Positions 38,861 to 50,960 of a stretch of DNA of 64,000 nucleotides are shown here, in pieces; position 1 is the first letter of the stretch, and every line of letters starts with the position of its first letter. This DNA comes from Mobula hypostoma (taxonomy: Eukaryota): contig NC_086108.1 of the NCBI RefSeq assembly GCF_963921235.1, positions 49,788,001 through 49,852,000 on the forward strand, read 5' to 3'. The notes under the pieces are model-generated. The model made no database searches. It worked only from the letters and a program-made list of their open reading frames with translations, and was not told the origin of the DNA. A program made the position numbers and the translations under genes.

Positions 38861-41800
38861 GCAACTTCCCTCGTCTGGTCTCAATGTGGAGGTAATGTCT
38901 CGAACTTACAGCAAAAGCTCATAACTTCTATCAGTGTTAGTTGTGCTTTTTGGAATTGCCAGGAAGATTCAAGATGGTTTATTTATGAAGTGATGTTATT
39001 TGCCTGGAACATAAATATTGGAACTGTTAAGCTAAAAGTCTTCTTTCTGTGTGAATTCTGTGACATTCTGTGCAAACATGGCATTGACACTTGAACTTCC
39101 AGTATATGCTATTGTGGCACCTTGCAATCTCCTTTGAAAAAATACCAGAATGTTGACCTGAAGCTCTATATGTTGGTTTCTCTCTCTAAATCATTTCAGC
39201 CAATTCATTCCAAAATATTAATTTCAATGGGCTCCTGAGCTAGTACTGGGCATTGGGGTAGGCAGCAGGTTGAAGGTGAGGGGGGCAACAGTAATTCCAC
39301 TCAAAGACTTTCTAGTGTTTCATCCTTCCAAAATCTTCCACATTTCATTCTGGGACTCTTACTTTTGTGCAAAATTTAACTTTCAAATTGGACACCATAT
39401 TCTGGTCCCAAGGTTGAATCCAGAGAATCCCAGAATGGTTATGGCACAGAAGAGGCCAGTTGACCTACAGAGTCTTGCTGGCCATATGCAAGAGTAATCT
39501 AACTAGTGGCACTCCCCCACACTTGGACCTGTCCTAATTTCCTTTTATTTTGTTGTGGTGTGATCATCTGTGTTTTTTGAACAACGAATATCAAAAATGC
39601 AATGCAGGTCAGCATAGATTGGTACATTGCTGAACAGATCAATGATTACAGTCTTAAGCTGATTATGCTACAATGATTATCATAGACTGCACCTCACAGA
39701 ATACTGTTCTTGTCTACTGTAGCTCAGTGTATTGGACATACAACAATCTCAAAATTATTGGACATATAATAATTTGACATATAATAATCTGTTACAGTTC
39801 ACAGCCTCATTAACTCAATTTGATCCTGCACTGTATGCTACGCCCATAAGGCCATTATTGATTACCCATCCCTAAGCTATCCCTGGATTGAGAGGCTTTG
39901 AGGCCATTGCTGAGAACACTTAGCCTTCAGCTACGTTGGTGGGTCAGGCAAGACTGGATAAAGAAGAGGCACCTGAACCAGGTGGGTTTCCATGACAGTA
40001 AGGTACTCTCATGGTAGTAAATTGTTTTATTTTGTAAATGCACAGTGGACCATGACCTGGACCCACCTGGATGTGAAGCATTAGGGGAATGTGTCCCTTT
40101 CATGGTGTTAGCTATCCAAACTGAATTTAAGCATAGTAAATACCTTGATGCCAAGTTAATGATGTGTCACAGCTTCCTAAGGCACTTTCACCAAACCAAT
40201 ATACACATCAGCTAGTATAACGTAGGACAAACTTATATACTATTAGTGAAAGCAGCCTTAAATTCCAGATTTATTTAATTTCTTCAATTTATATCCCCCA
40301 GATTTGAAATCCGGATCTACTGCAGTATTTTATATTTTCAAGTAGCTCTCAACGTTCACTGCTGGTGTTGTACTGCCATCTTTAATTCATTTACTTCAAG
40401 CTGTGAGAAGGAAAGTGCAATCTCCTGTCTGTTTGGCAACAGTTCAGTTACAAATTGCAAAAGGACCATGAAGTCAGACATCACAAGCTGTGGCAATGTT
40501 CCCACTCTGGTATTTATTTGTTTACTTTAAACTAATGAACTGGTAAGGAAATGATTTTAATGATAATTAAGATCTGCAGCTCAAAAGCTTCTGTGCAGGC
40601 TCAAAATGCATCCACATTGTTGCAAGGCAAGAGCAGCCAATCTGCCTGCTTCCCAGATTCACAGAGGGAGTCAGGCAATAGCTCAGGTTCCAAGTTGCAC
40701 ACCTAATTCCTGACTAATTAGATTGTGTTTTCCTTCTAATTTTCTCCTCTTTTAAGAGTGCTGACACATTGTGAGGTACCGTCTGCCTGCCACACACAAC
40801 TTATGGAAAATGAACCAAGTTAGCATTCTTCTAAATGAGCCAAATCAGTGAACAGCAATAAACTTCTAATTCAGCCAACATCAGAGCCAACCCATTTCCT
40901 CCTCCAATGTTTGTAATTCAAAGCTTTAATCTTCTTGCTGTTGCAGTGGTTGAATGTGTCCAGATCAACCCAATCTGGCACTTAAATTCTGGATGTGTGT
41001 ATTGTGATTAGTGAAGGATATATGCACTCCATCCAGCCAAAACCAATTATTTCAGATTAGAATCACTCACTGCTGGCATTCATTGCATTGTCTCTCCGAC
41101 ATTACAGCAGCAATATGGGCTCAGATCTCAGGAACAAATCCAGTGTCTAAGCAAAACGCCTCTCTAAGTAAATGACGAACTGTTTTCCGCAATTTCTGAC
41201 TTAGAGATGTTTGGCAAACAAAGGATATTGGCACACTGTTTATTGGCTTACCTCGAATGGTACAATAGATCTATTGACAAAGAGTGATTGAGAATGAGAA
41301 TAAGTGAAGTTTCTGCAAGCAAGCTGAATACATCTGCTTATCTGTGGACAAAAATAAATTCATAGCTCTTATTTTCCCTCAAGTCTGTCCTGTAGCATAG
41401 TGAGAACTATTTAAAGCTGCCTTTTTTCCATTTTTCCAGGGTATTAAAACCGTATGGACAGGTGAGATAGCATTAGACAAAGAGATTCCTTGAGCAGGAC
41501 TGGGTGGCAATACACTGATTACATTTGATTGATGGGAGTAAAATGAAATATGACACTTCCTTAAGATTTGGTCAGAAATCTCCCATTGTGCATCTTGGAC
41601 TGATTAACCGGTTCAGTGGATTCAAATGAACCCTCTTGACTAAATTGAGGTGGACTATGAGGTTTTCAGCTCAGAGTGCACATCATTGGCTTGATCTCTT
41701 TTCCCTTCAGTGCATCTCCCTAACTTTCCCATGCCAATTTGTAAATATACTGAGACGTTCAGTAGTCTTAGACATAATTTTGAACATCCACTGTCAATAT

Positions 41801-42043
41801 AGGACAGCAGGATGAAGTTTTAAATCTTCACATAGCCATCAAAATAGCGGCCAGCCCTTTTTTTCTGAGACCTATCCCTCAGGTCAGTGCCATCCAATGA
41901 AGTTGTCAGGCAGTGCTGGCTCCATAAAGGTGAAGCATTGGAGTGAGTTCCCAGGAAACAGACAGGCAACATGAGAAATGTCTTTTTGTGACCAATAACT
42001 CCCTGGACATTGAGGAAGTAGAAAACCTTCTTGCTGATGAACT

Positions 42044-43806
42044 TTGGATGTCCAGTCCCTATATACCTCCATCCCCACCAGGAAGGTCTCAAAGCTCTAC
42101 GCTTCTTTTTGGATTCCAAACCTAATCAGTTCCCCTCTACCACAACTCTCCTCCATCTAGTGGAATTAGTCCTTACCCTTAATAATTTCTCCTTTGGCTT
42201 CTCCCACTTCCTCCAAACTAAAGGTGTAGCTATGGGCACCCGTATGGGTCCCAGCTATGCCTGCCTTTTTGTTGGCTTTGTGGAACAATCCATGTTCCAA
42301 GCCTATACTGGCATCTGTCCCCCACTTTTCCTTCGCTACATCGACAACTGCATTGGTGCTGCTTCCTGCACGCATGCTGAGCTCATTGACTTCATTAACT
42401 TTGCCTCCAACTTTCACCCTGCCTTCAAATTTACCTGGTCCATTTCCGACACCTCCCTCCCCTTTCTTGATCTTTCTGTCTCTATCTCTGGAGACAGCTT
42501 ATCTACTGATGTCCACTTTCAGCCTACGGACTCTCACAGCTACTTGGACTATTTCTCTTCCCACCCTATCTCTTGCAAAAATGCCATCCCCTTCTCGCAA
42601 TTCCTCCATCTCCGCCGCATCTGCTTTCAGGATGAGGCTTTTCATTCCAGGACGAAGGAGATATTTTCCTTTTTTAAAGAAAGGGGCTTCTCTTCCTCCA
42701 CCCTCAACTCTGCTCTCAAATGCATCTCTCCCATTTCACGCACATCTGCTCCCACCCCATCCTCCCGCCACCCCACTAGGGATAGGGTCTCCTTGTCCTC
42801 ACCTACCACCCCACCAGCCTCCGGGTCCAACATATAATTCTCCGTAACTTCTGCCACCTCCAACGGGATCCCACCAGCAAGTACATCTTTCCCTCTCTCC
42901 CCCTCTGCTTTCTGCAGGGATTGCTCCCTACGAGACTCCCTTGTCCAATCATCCCCCCCATCCCTTCCCACAGATCTCCCTCCTGGCACTCAACCTTGTA
43001 AGCGGAACAAGTGCCCTTACATTTCCTCCCTCACCATCATTCAGGGCCCCAGACAGTCCTTCCAGGTGAGGCAACGCTTCACCTGTGAGTCGGCTGGGGT
43101 GATATGCTGCATCCGATGCTCCCAGTGTGGCCTTCTATATATTGGCAAGACCCGACGCAGACTGAGAGACCGTTTTGCTGAACACCTACGCTCTGTCCGC
43201 CAGAGAAAGCAGGATCTCCCAGTGGCTATATATTTTAATTCCACGTCCCATTCCCATTCTGATATGTCTATCCACGGCCTCCTCTACTGTCAAGATGAAG
43301 CCACACTCAGGTTGGAGGAACAACATCTTATATTCCTTCTGGGTAGCCTCCAACCTGATGGCATGAACATTGACTTCTCTAACTTCCGTTAATGCCCCTC
43401 CTCCCCTTCTGACCCCATCCCTTGATTTTTTCCCCCTTTCTTTCTCTCTCTTTTTTCTTCCTCTGTCCCTCTCACTATATCTTCTTCTGGTACTCCCCTA
43501 CCCCTTTCTTTCTCCCTAGGCCTCCCGTCCCATGATCCTCCAGCCTTGTATCCCTCTTGCCAATCAACTGTCCAGCTCTTATCTCTATCCCTCCCCCTCC
43601 TGTCTTCTCCTATCATTTCAGATCTCCCCCTCCCCCTCCCACTTTCAAATCTCTTACTGTCTCTTTTTTCAGTTAGTCCTGACGAAAGGTCTCGGCCTGA
43701 AACGTCGACTGACCCTCTTCCTATAGATGCTGCCTGGCCTGCTGCGCTCCACCAGCATTTTGTGTGTGTTGCTTGAATTTCCAGCATCTGCAGATTTCCT
43801 CGTGTT
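42044..43806 (+). mobile_element. 5'-truncated Penelope-like element (RT, GIY-YIG, pLTR), frameshifted
   Basis: LTLNNFSF, QTKGVAMGTRMGPSYACLF, FLRYIDN, GVICCIRCSQCGLLYIGKTRRRL. TSD CTGATGAACT (42034-42043 / 43809-43818). Confidence 0.92.
43672..43713 (+). ncRNA. minimal type I hammerhead ribozyme motif (best-preserved copy)
   Basis: Stem I GUUAGUC/GACUGAC (7 bp), core CUGACGA, stem II AGG-UCUCGG-CCU, GAAA, palindromic ACGU in place of stem III, GUC cleavage triplet (C43706). Confidence 0.7.
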
Positions 43807-44761
43807 TACTGATGAACTGTGCAGTTTTCTTGAAGGGAGCCCTTATGGGCCTATTAATGAACTTAATTACAGCTCAGATCGCAGGGAAGTCAACAATGCT
43901 GCCGAATCTCTCTGCACCAAGTCCTCACAAAAATCAAAAGACATGAAGTCACCTCTCAGTGAGTAAAGAACCTGGGTGACCCCTAATGTGGTGACCAAGC
44001 TGAGATATGCAGTAGAAGCAAGCAATAGCTGCTTGGAATGAACCTTAAACTAGGAGGCTGAGAGTTTTCATGAGGCTGACCTGCATTGTGAGAGCTGTCT
44101 AGGCCCATGAGCACAGTTGAACGTGATCCTGCAGAAGGTCATAGACCTGAGTGGTGTACGCCTTTGGAGATCTGCATATATCAGGTGGAATACTGTCTCA
44201 AAACACTCTGGATTGGGTCTTCATGAGTACATTCAGGCATCTGCTATCTTGATTTCTCCTTGACCCACACCAAGTTTCCAACAAGGCCTAGGACAAAGCT
44301 TCTATTCGAATAATATGACTATCCAATGCACCCACTAAATCAATTGCTCACTAGTTAAGGAACAAGCATTCCTGAGGATTTTAGAAATACTTTTGTAGAC
44401 AGCTGCCAGTTCTGGTGTTGCTGGCAAAGTTTCTCAATCCTTGCAGAAAAATTCTTTTGACTGATATTTAAAGAAAGTGCATAATTCTACTTTTCCTGTG
44501 ACTCTTAAACAACAGATGTTTTCTACAGCACTGAGAACCATCTTAAGGCCAAATATTTGAAATATACATTTCACAAACTTTAACTTCACCTGTTGTGTGT
44601 GACACTGAAAAAACAAGCGCACTAAGATGGATTTTGGACCAGAGACCCTGGTCCAGCTTTCCATTTGGTGTAACTTCAACCCGAAATTGTAATGTGATGT
44701 GATGTACTACATATTCAAATGACTCATGATCGCATAGTGCTGAAAACTCAAACAAGTTCAA

Positions 44762-45075
44762 GGCATGACATGCCCTCTTCTCATTGTTACCATCAGGAGG
44801 GAGGTGCAGGAGCCTGAAGGCACACACTCAGCGATTCAGGAACAGCTTCTTCCCCTCTGCCATATGATTCTTAAATGGACATTGAACCCATGAACACTAC
44901 CTCAATACTTTTTTTATGTTTCTGCACTACCTATTTTAACTGAACTATTCAATATACAGTACATACAATTACTGTAATTAATTTTTCTATATTTATCATA
45001 TATTGTATTGTATTGCTGCTGCAAAGTTAACAAATTTCACAACATATGCCAGCGATATGAAAGCTGATTTTGAAA
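44762..45075 (+). mobile_element. Rex1/Babar 3' end
   Basis: Closely similar to 16790-17100. Confidence 0.75.
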
Positions 45076-45151
45076 TTATGGGAAGGTGCAGAAACAAAAG
45101 TGATATCATAGTGGGAAACTTCCTTAATACAAGAAGAGTAGATGTGGTGGG

Positions 45152-46062
45152 AGCAACACACTGGAGGAACTCAGCAGGTCAGGCAGCATCCGTGGAAACG
45201 ATGAGTCGACGTTTCGGGCCGGAACCCTTCGTCAGGACTGAAGAGGGAAGGGGCAGAGGCCCTATAAAGAAGGTGGGGGAGGGTTGGAAGTAGAAGGCTG
45301 GTAGCTTCAGTTGAAAAACCAGTAATTTGAAAGACAAAGGGGTGGGGGAGGGGAAGCAGGGAGGTGATAGGCAGGAAAACAATAAATAGTAGAAGGAGGC
45401 GGAACCATGAGGGAAGCGATAGGCAGCTGGGAGAGGGGGCAAGGTGACATAGGGATAGGGGAAGGGAGGGGGAGGGAATTACCGGAGGTTGGAGAATTCT
45501 ATGTTCATACCAAGGGGCTGGAGACTACCTAGATGGCATATGAGGTGTTGCTCCTCCAATCTGAGTTTAGCCTCATCATGGCAGTAGAGGAGGCCATGTA
45601 TGGACATATCTGAATGGGAAAGGGAAGCAGAGTTGAAGTGGGTGGCTACCGGGAGATCCTATCTGTTGTGGCGGAATTCTCCAACTTCCAGTAATTCTCT
45701 CCCCCTCCCTTCATCTATCCCTATTTCACTCTTCCCCCTCCCCCAGCTGCCTATCACCTCCCTCATGGTTCCACCTCCTTCTACTACTCATTGTTTTCCA
45801 GCCTATCACCTCCCTGCTTCCCCTCCCCCACCCCTTTGTCTTTCAAATTACTGGTTTTTCAACTGAAGCTACCAGCCTTCTACTTCCAACCCTCCCCCAC
45901 CTTCTTTATAGGGCCTCTGCCCCTTCCCTCTTCAGTCCTGACAAAGGGTTCTGGCCCAAAACGTCGACTCATCGTTTCCACGGATGCTGCCCGACCTGCT
46001 AAGTTCCTCCAGTGTGTTGTGAGTGTTGCTTTGATCCCAGCATCTGCAGATTATTTTGTGTT
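45152..46062. mobile_element. inverted-duplicated Penelope element (subfamily B)
   Basis: Arms 45154-45499 and 45674-46019 are reverse complements around a 174-bp GIY-YIG-derived spacer. 13-bp TSD TAGATGTGGTGGG (45139-45151 / 46063-46075). Confidence 0.9.
45204..45239 (-). ncRNA. minimal hammerhead ribozyme motif, sense to NMNAT2 pre-mRNA
   Basis: Minus strand AGUC-CUGACGA-A-GGG UUCCGG CCC-GAAAC-GUC-GACU. Core intact, 4-bp stem I. Confidence 0.65.
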
Positions 46063-46075
46063 TAGATGTGGTGGG

Positions 46076-47245
46076 GTTCCTTAGTGCATCCAAGAGGGGT
46101 TCTTGAAATAGTATGCTGAGAATCCAACTAGAGGAAAGAAAAAACTTATGTTTTCCAGAATTTAAATGAAAGAAAAACAAGGGAGCCCGGAAAACATGTA
46201 TATTTTGTTTTACTTTAGTGAGGCGTGCACATATGTTGTGGTGGTATAATGGCATATACCATTCACGTACATTTACATAAAGCCCGAAATGAATTATGTC
46301 AGCAACAAAGGATGCTTAATCAAATAATATATTTACAATACTACTGAAATATTAAATACACAAAAATACATAACAAAAGCAAGGCCAGGTGATAAATGTG
46401 ATAGTGGGTGAACATTCTGGGAACAGTGACCACAACTGATTATGTTTAATGATGGTTATGAGTTAAGGATATCATTGGCTCTTGCAGGAAAGTGCTAAAC
46501 TGGAAGACAAATTACATCAGGATAAGGTAGCAGATATGGCACGTTGATTGGGAGCAGCTGCTGTCAGACAAGTCCCCGTCCGACATGTGGGAATTGTTTA
46601 AAGAGCAGCTGAACAGAGTTCAGGATCAGCATATTCTGGTAAGGAGCAAGGACAAGGATGGTAAGGTTAGATGGCCTGAGAGATCAGGAGAAAAATTAAG
46701 TATATGTAAGTTTTAGAAAACTAAAACCAGACTGAGCCCTTGTGGAATATAAAATAGCAGGAAAGTGCTCAAGCAAGCAATTAGGAAGGCCAAAGGGGGG
46801 CATGAAATGTCCTTTGTGAGCAGGGTCAAGGAGAATCCCAAAGAAATTTATATTTCCATAAAATGTAAGAGAAAGAGGATAACTAAGGAGAGGGTATCCT
46901 CTCACAAGGATAAAGGAGGGGATTTGAGCTTAGAGCAAGAGGTTGAGGTTCTAAATAAGTGCTTGGTGGCAATACTTATGGAGAAGGATTTGGAGGATAG
47001 TGAAAACAGAGTGGAGCATGCTAATGTTCTGGGACATTTTGAGATTAAGGAGGAGGTAGTATTGGGTCTTCTAAAAAGCAAAGAGGTGAATTAGACCCCA
47101 GGCCTGATATCATATATCCCAGAATATCAGAAAAATCAAGTGAAGAGATTGCTGAAGGTTTGACAAATATTTTTGTGTTCTGAGTAGGAACAGATAATGT
47201 CCCAAAGGACTGAAAGTGGCAAATGTTGTCCTCTTGTTCAAGGAA
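46076..47245 (+). mobile_element. CR1 LINE internal fragment, interrupted by a minus-strand solo LTR (about 46146-46362)
   Basis: ORF 46765-47094: LKQAIRKAK..HE......KENPK. The insert's reverse complement (ttgtgtatttaatatttcagta...tacgtgaat...aaaacataa) resembles the LTR at 32565-32787. Confidence 0.7.
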
Positions 47246-47249
47246 AATT

Positions 47250-49195
47250 TCTTGCTTCAAGCAAGCTTCAATCATTCCAGTGTCCAAGAAGAATGTGGTA
47301 TCCTGTCTCAATGACTATCGTCCAGTAGCACTTACAACCAGTGATGAAATGCTTTGATAGGTTGGTCAGGAAGCATATCAACTCTTGCTTGACAAGTGAC
47401 TTGGTTCTGCACCAATCTGCTTACACCACAGGTCAATAAAAGATGCTAATTCATTGGCGCTTCACTCACGTCTGGAACATCTGGACAATGAAGATGCATA
47501 AATCAGGATGCTTTTCACTGACTACAGCTCAGCGTTCAACACCATCATCCTCCTGGAAACTTATCACTAAGCTGCAAGACCTGGGCCTCGTTACCTTTCT
47601 TTGCAGCTGAATCTTCAACTTCCTCACTGGCAGACCCCAATTAAAATGGACTGGCGACAACATCTCCTTCACACTCACCCTCAACACAGGAGAACCACAG
47701 TCTGTACTCACTTTATACCTATGATTGTGTAGCTAAGTATAGCTCCAACGCTGTATTTAAGTTCGTTGACAAGACTGTTGTTGGCCAAATCAGAGGTGGC
47801 CAAGTGAGAAATTGGCATACGGGAGGGAGATTGAAAATCTGGTTGAATGTTGCCACAGCAACAACCTCTTACTCAACATCAGCAAAACCAAAGCGCTGAT
47901 TATCAACTACAGCAGAAAGAACCTGGGAGGTCCATAAACTAGTTGTCGTTGGAGGAATGGAGGAGAAGGTGGTCAGTAGCTTTAAATTCCTTTGTGTTAT
48001 CATATAAGAGGATCTATCCTGGGACCATCAGAAAACAGGCACACCGACACCTTTACTTTCTTAGAAGTTTGTATAGATTTGGCATTTCACCAAAAATTTT
48101 GACATATGTCTATAGCTGCACAGTGGAGAGTATCCTAACTGATCGCACCAGGGCCTGGTATGGAAATACCAATGGCCATGGACAGAAAAGACTACAGAAA
48201 GTGGTGGATACAGCCCAGTCCATCACAGGCGACACCCTCCCCATAAATGAATGTGTTTACATGGAGCATTGCCACAAGAAAACAGCATCCACCAGCAGAG
48301 AGATGATGGCTAATAAAACACACCAGGAGGCTAAATGAATTCCCTTCAAACCTCACTGATTTTTATTAATGCACCATAGAAAGCATCCTACATTGATACA
48401 TCAGAGCAACTGTTCTGCCTGTGACCACAAGAAACTACAGAGAACTGTGGATGCAACTCAACACATCATGGAAACCAGCCTCCCTTCCATGGACTCTTGT
48501 CTATACTTCTTGCTTCCTTGGGAAAGCAGTCAGAATAATCCAGGACCCCACATCCCCCAGACATGCAGAAGATACAACAGCCTGAAAACACATACCATCA
48601 AGCTGAAAGACAACTTCTATTCTACTGTGATATATAGGCATCTGTAGTCTCATGAGACCATGGATTTGTGCCTTGGAAGGTTTCCAGGGCGCAGGTCTGG
48701 GCAAGGTTGTATGGAAGACCGGCAGTTGCCCATGCTGCAAGTCTCCCCTCTTCACGCCACCGACGTTGTCCAAGGGAAGGACACTAGGGCCAATACAGCT
48801 TTGGCACCAGTGTCGTCGCAGAGCAATGTGTGGTAAAGTGCCTTGCTCAAGGACACAACATGCTGCCTCAGCTGACGTTTGAACTAGCGACCTTCAGATC
48901 ACTAGACCGACGTCGTAACCACTTAGCCATACGCCAACACTCTACTGTAATAAGACCATTGAATAGTTGCCTGGTATAATGGACACTTAACCTCGTAATC
49001 TACCTCATTGTAACCTTGCACTCTACTGTCTACCTGCACTGCACTTTCTCTGTAACTAACACTTTATTCTGCATTGTTAATATTTTACTTGTACTAGCTC
49101 AATATATTGTTGAAATGAATTGCTCTGTATGAACAATAAGCAAGACATTTTCTCACTGTGTCTCACTACATGTGACAATAATAAACCACTTTTTC
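47250..49195 (+). mobile_element. Rex1/Babar LINE fragments with nested SINE
   Basis: [11 protein letters not shown] and [10 protein letters not shown] coding DNA; ORF 47943-48338 has YFLRSL.RFG, TVESILT..AWYGN. Confidence 0.8.
48633..48940 (-). mobile_element. tRNA-derived SINE (same family as 34909-35225)
   Basis: High similarity to the other copy; TSD tctactgt(g/a)ata. Confidence 0.8.
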
Positions 49196-49945
49196 AATTT
49201 AGCACTTCAGTGGAGGTGGGCCAGTGGTAGGGAAGCAGTGAGTCAGTTCAGCTCAAATAAGTGAACACTGTTCTTTGGACAACAACTCCAGGGAATCTCT
49301 ACTCCCTTTGTTTCAAACTCTGGCTATGGGTATGCTTCAGATATTATACAAAAAGGTCTGGCTAGCCAATTCTATTGGTTGTTTTTATAGATCAAACCTT
49401 AGTCTATAACTTTACCCTGCAAACCTCCAGATAATCATTTGCCCAACTTCGTTTATTCTTTATGGATTGCAAAATTTTCTTAAACTTTCACATGTCTCAG
49501 TGTTGATGTGAATAACATAAGCCAACTAACAAGTTCTTAACGATATGGTATGTTGAAAAGGCAAATGTATCTCTTTTTAATAATTCGACATTCTAATCTC
49601 ACTAATTGGTACGAGTTAATTTGGGGTTTCTATTTCTTTTCTAATATTACATTGCCCTTCCTTTTTGAATCCTCTCTTCACTACTCACTGATGAGCACCT
49701 GGGTGGGCAAACCCACCTTGAGCTCAGTAAATGTCTTTTCTCCAACAGCTACTTCCTTCAGTCGGGAATAGAAATCCTTGACTCCGAGTCGGAAGGCAAT
49801 GAATTCAAGTCGTACTCTGGAGAGGCAGAATATAATGAAATGAGAGAGACAATGCTTTTCTGTCTTTCAAGTCAAGTGAAGTGGTTTATTGTCATGTGCA
49901 CAAGTACATTAGGTACAGGTGCAATGGGAAACCTGTTTGCAGCTT

Positions 49946-50960
49946 GTTCAGCTCCACTGAACTGTACAGTATATAGGTTCAGCACCACTGAAGTGTACAG
50001 TATATAGGTTCAGCTCCACTGAACTGTACAGTATATAGGTTCAGCACCACTGAAGTGTACAGTATATAGGTTCAGCACCACTGAAGTGTACAGTATATAG
50101 GTTCAGCTCCACTGAACTGTACAGTATATAGGTTCAGCTCCACTGAACTGTACAGTATATAGGTTCAGCACCATTGAAAGGTACAGTATATAGGTTCAGC
50201 TCCACTGAAATGTACAGTATATAGGTTCAGCACCACTGAAGTGTACAGTATATAGGTTCAGCACCATTGAAAGGTACAGTATATAGGTTCAGCACCACTG
50301 GTGTACAGTATATAGGTTCAGCACCACTGAAAGGTACAGTATATAGGTTCAGCACCACTGAAGTGTACAGTATATAGGTTCAGCTCCACTGAACTGTACA
50401 GTATATAGGTTCAGCTCCACTGAAGTGTACAGTATATAGGTTCAGCTCCACTGAACTGTACAGTATATAGGTTCAGCACCATTGAAAGGTACAGTATATA
50501 GGTTCAGCTCCACTGAAATGTACAGTATATAGGTTCAGCACCACTGAACTGTACCGTATATAGGTTCAGCACCACTGAAAGATACAGTATATAGGTTCAG
50601 CACCACTGAACTGTACAGTATATAGGTTCAGCACCACTGAAGTGTACAGTATATAGGTTCAGCACCATTGAAAGGTACAGTATATAGGTTCAGCACCACT
50701 GAAAGATACAGTATATAGGTTCAGCACCACTGAACTGTACAGTATATAGGTTCAGCACCACTGAAGTGTACAGTATATAGGTTCAGCTCCACTGAAATGT
50801 ACAGTATATAGGTTCAGCACCACTGAAGTGTACAGTATATAGGTTCAGCACCATTGAAAGGTACAGTATATAGGTTCAGCACCACTGGTGTACAGTATAT
50901 AGGTTCAGCACCACTGAAAGGTACAGTATATAGGTTCAGCTCCACTGAAATGTACAATAT
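49946..50960. repeat. 31-bp minisatellite, 32 full units plus one partial
   Basis: Consensus GTTCAGC(A/T)CCACTGAA(C/G/A)TGTACAGTATATAG; two 29-bp deletion variants. Confidence 0.97.

Noticed and set aside
41152..41213. Possible pre-miRNA hairpin (tctctaagt / acttagaga)
   Set aside because: Only 9 contiguous pairs with a large irregular interior, compatible with chance.
49946..50960. CRISPR-like array (31-bp partly palindromic repeats)
   Set aside because: The units are directly tandem with no unique spacers, there are no cas genes, and the context is a vertebrate intron.
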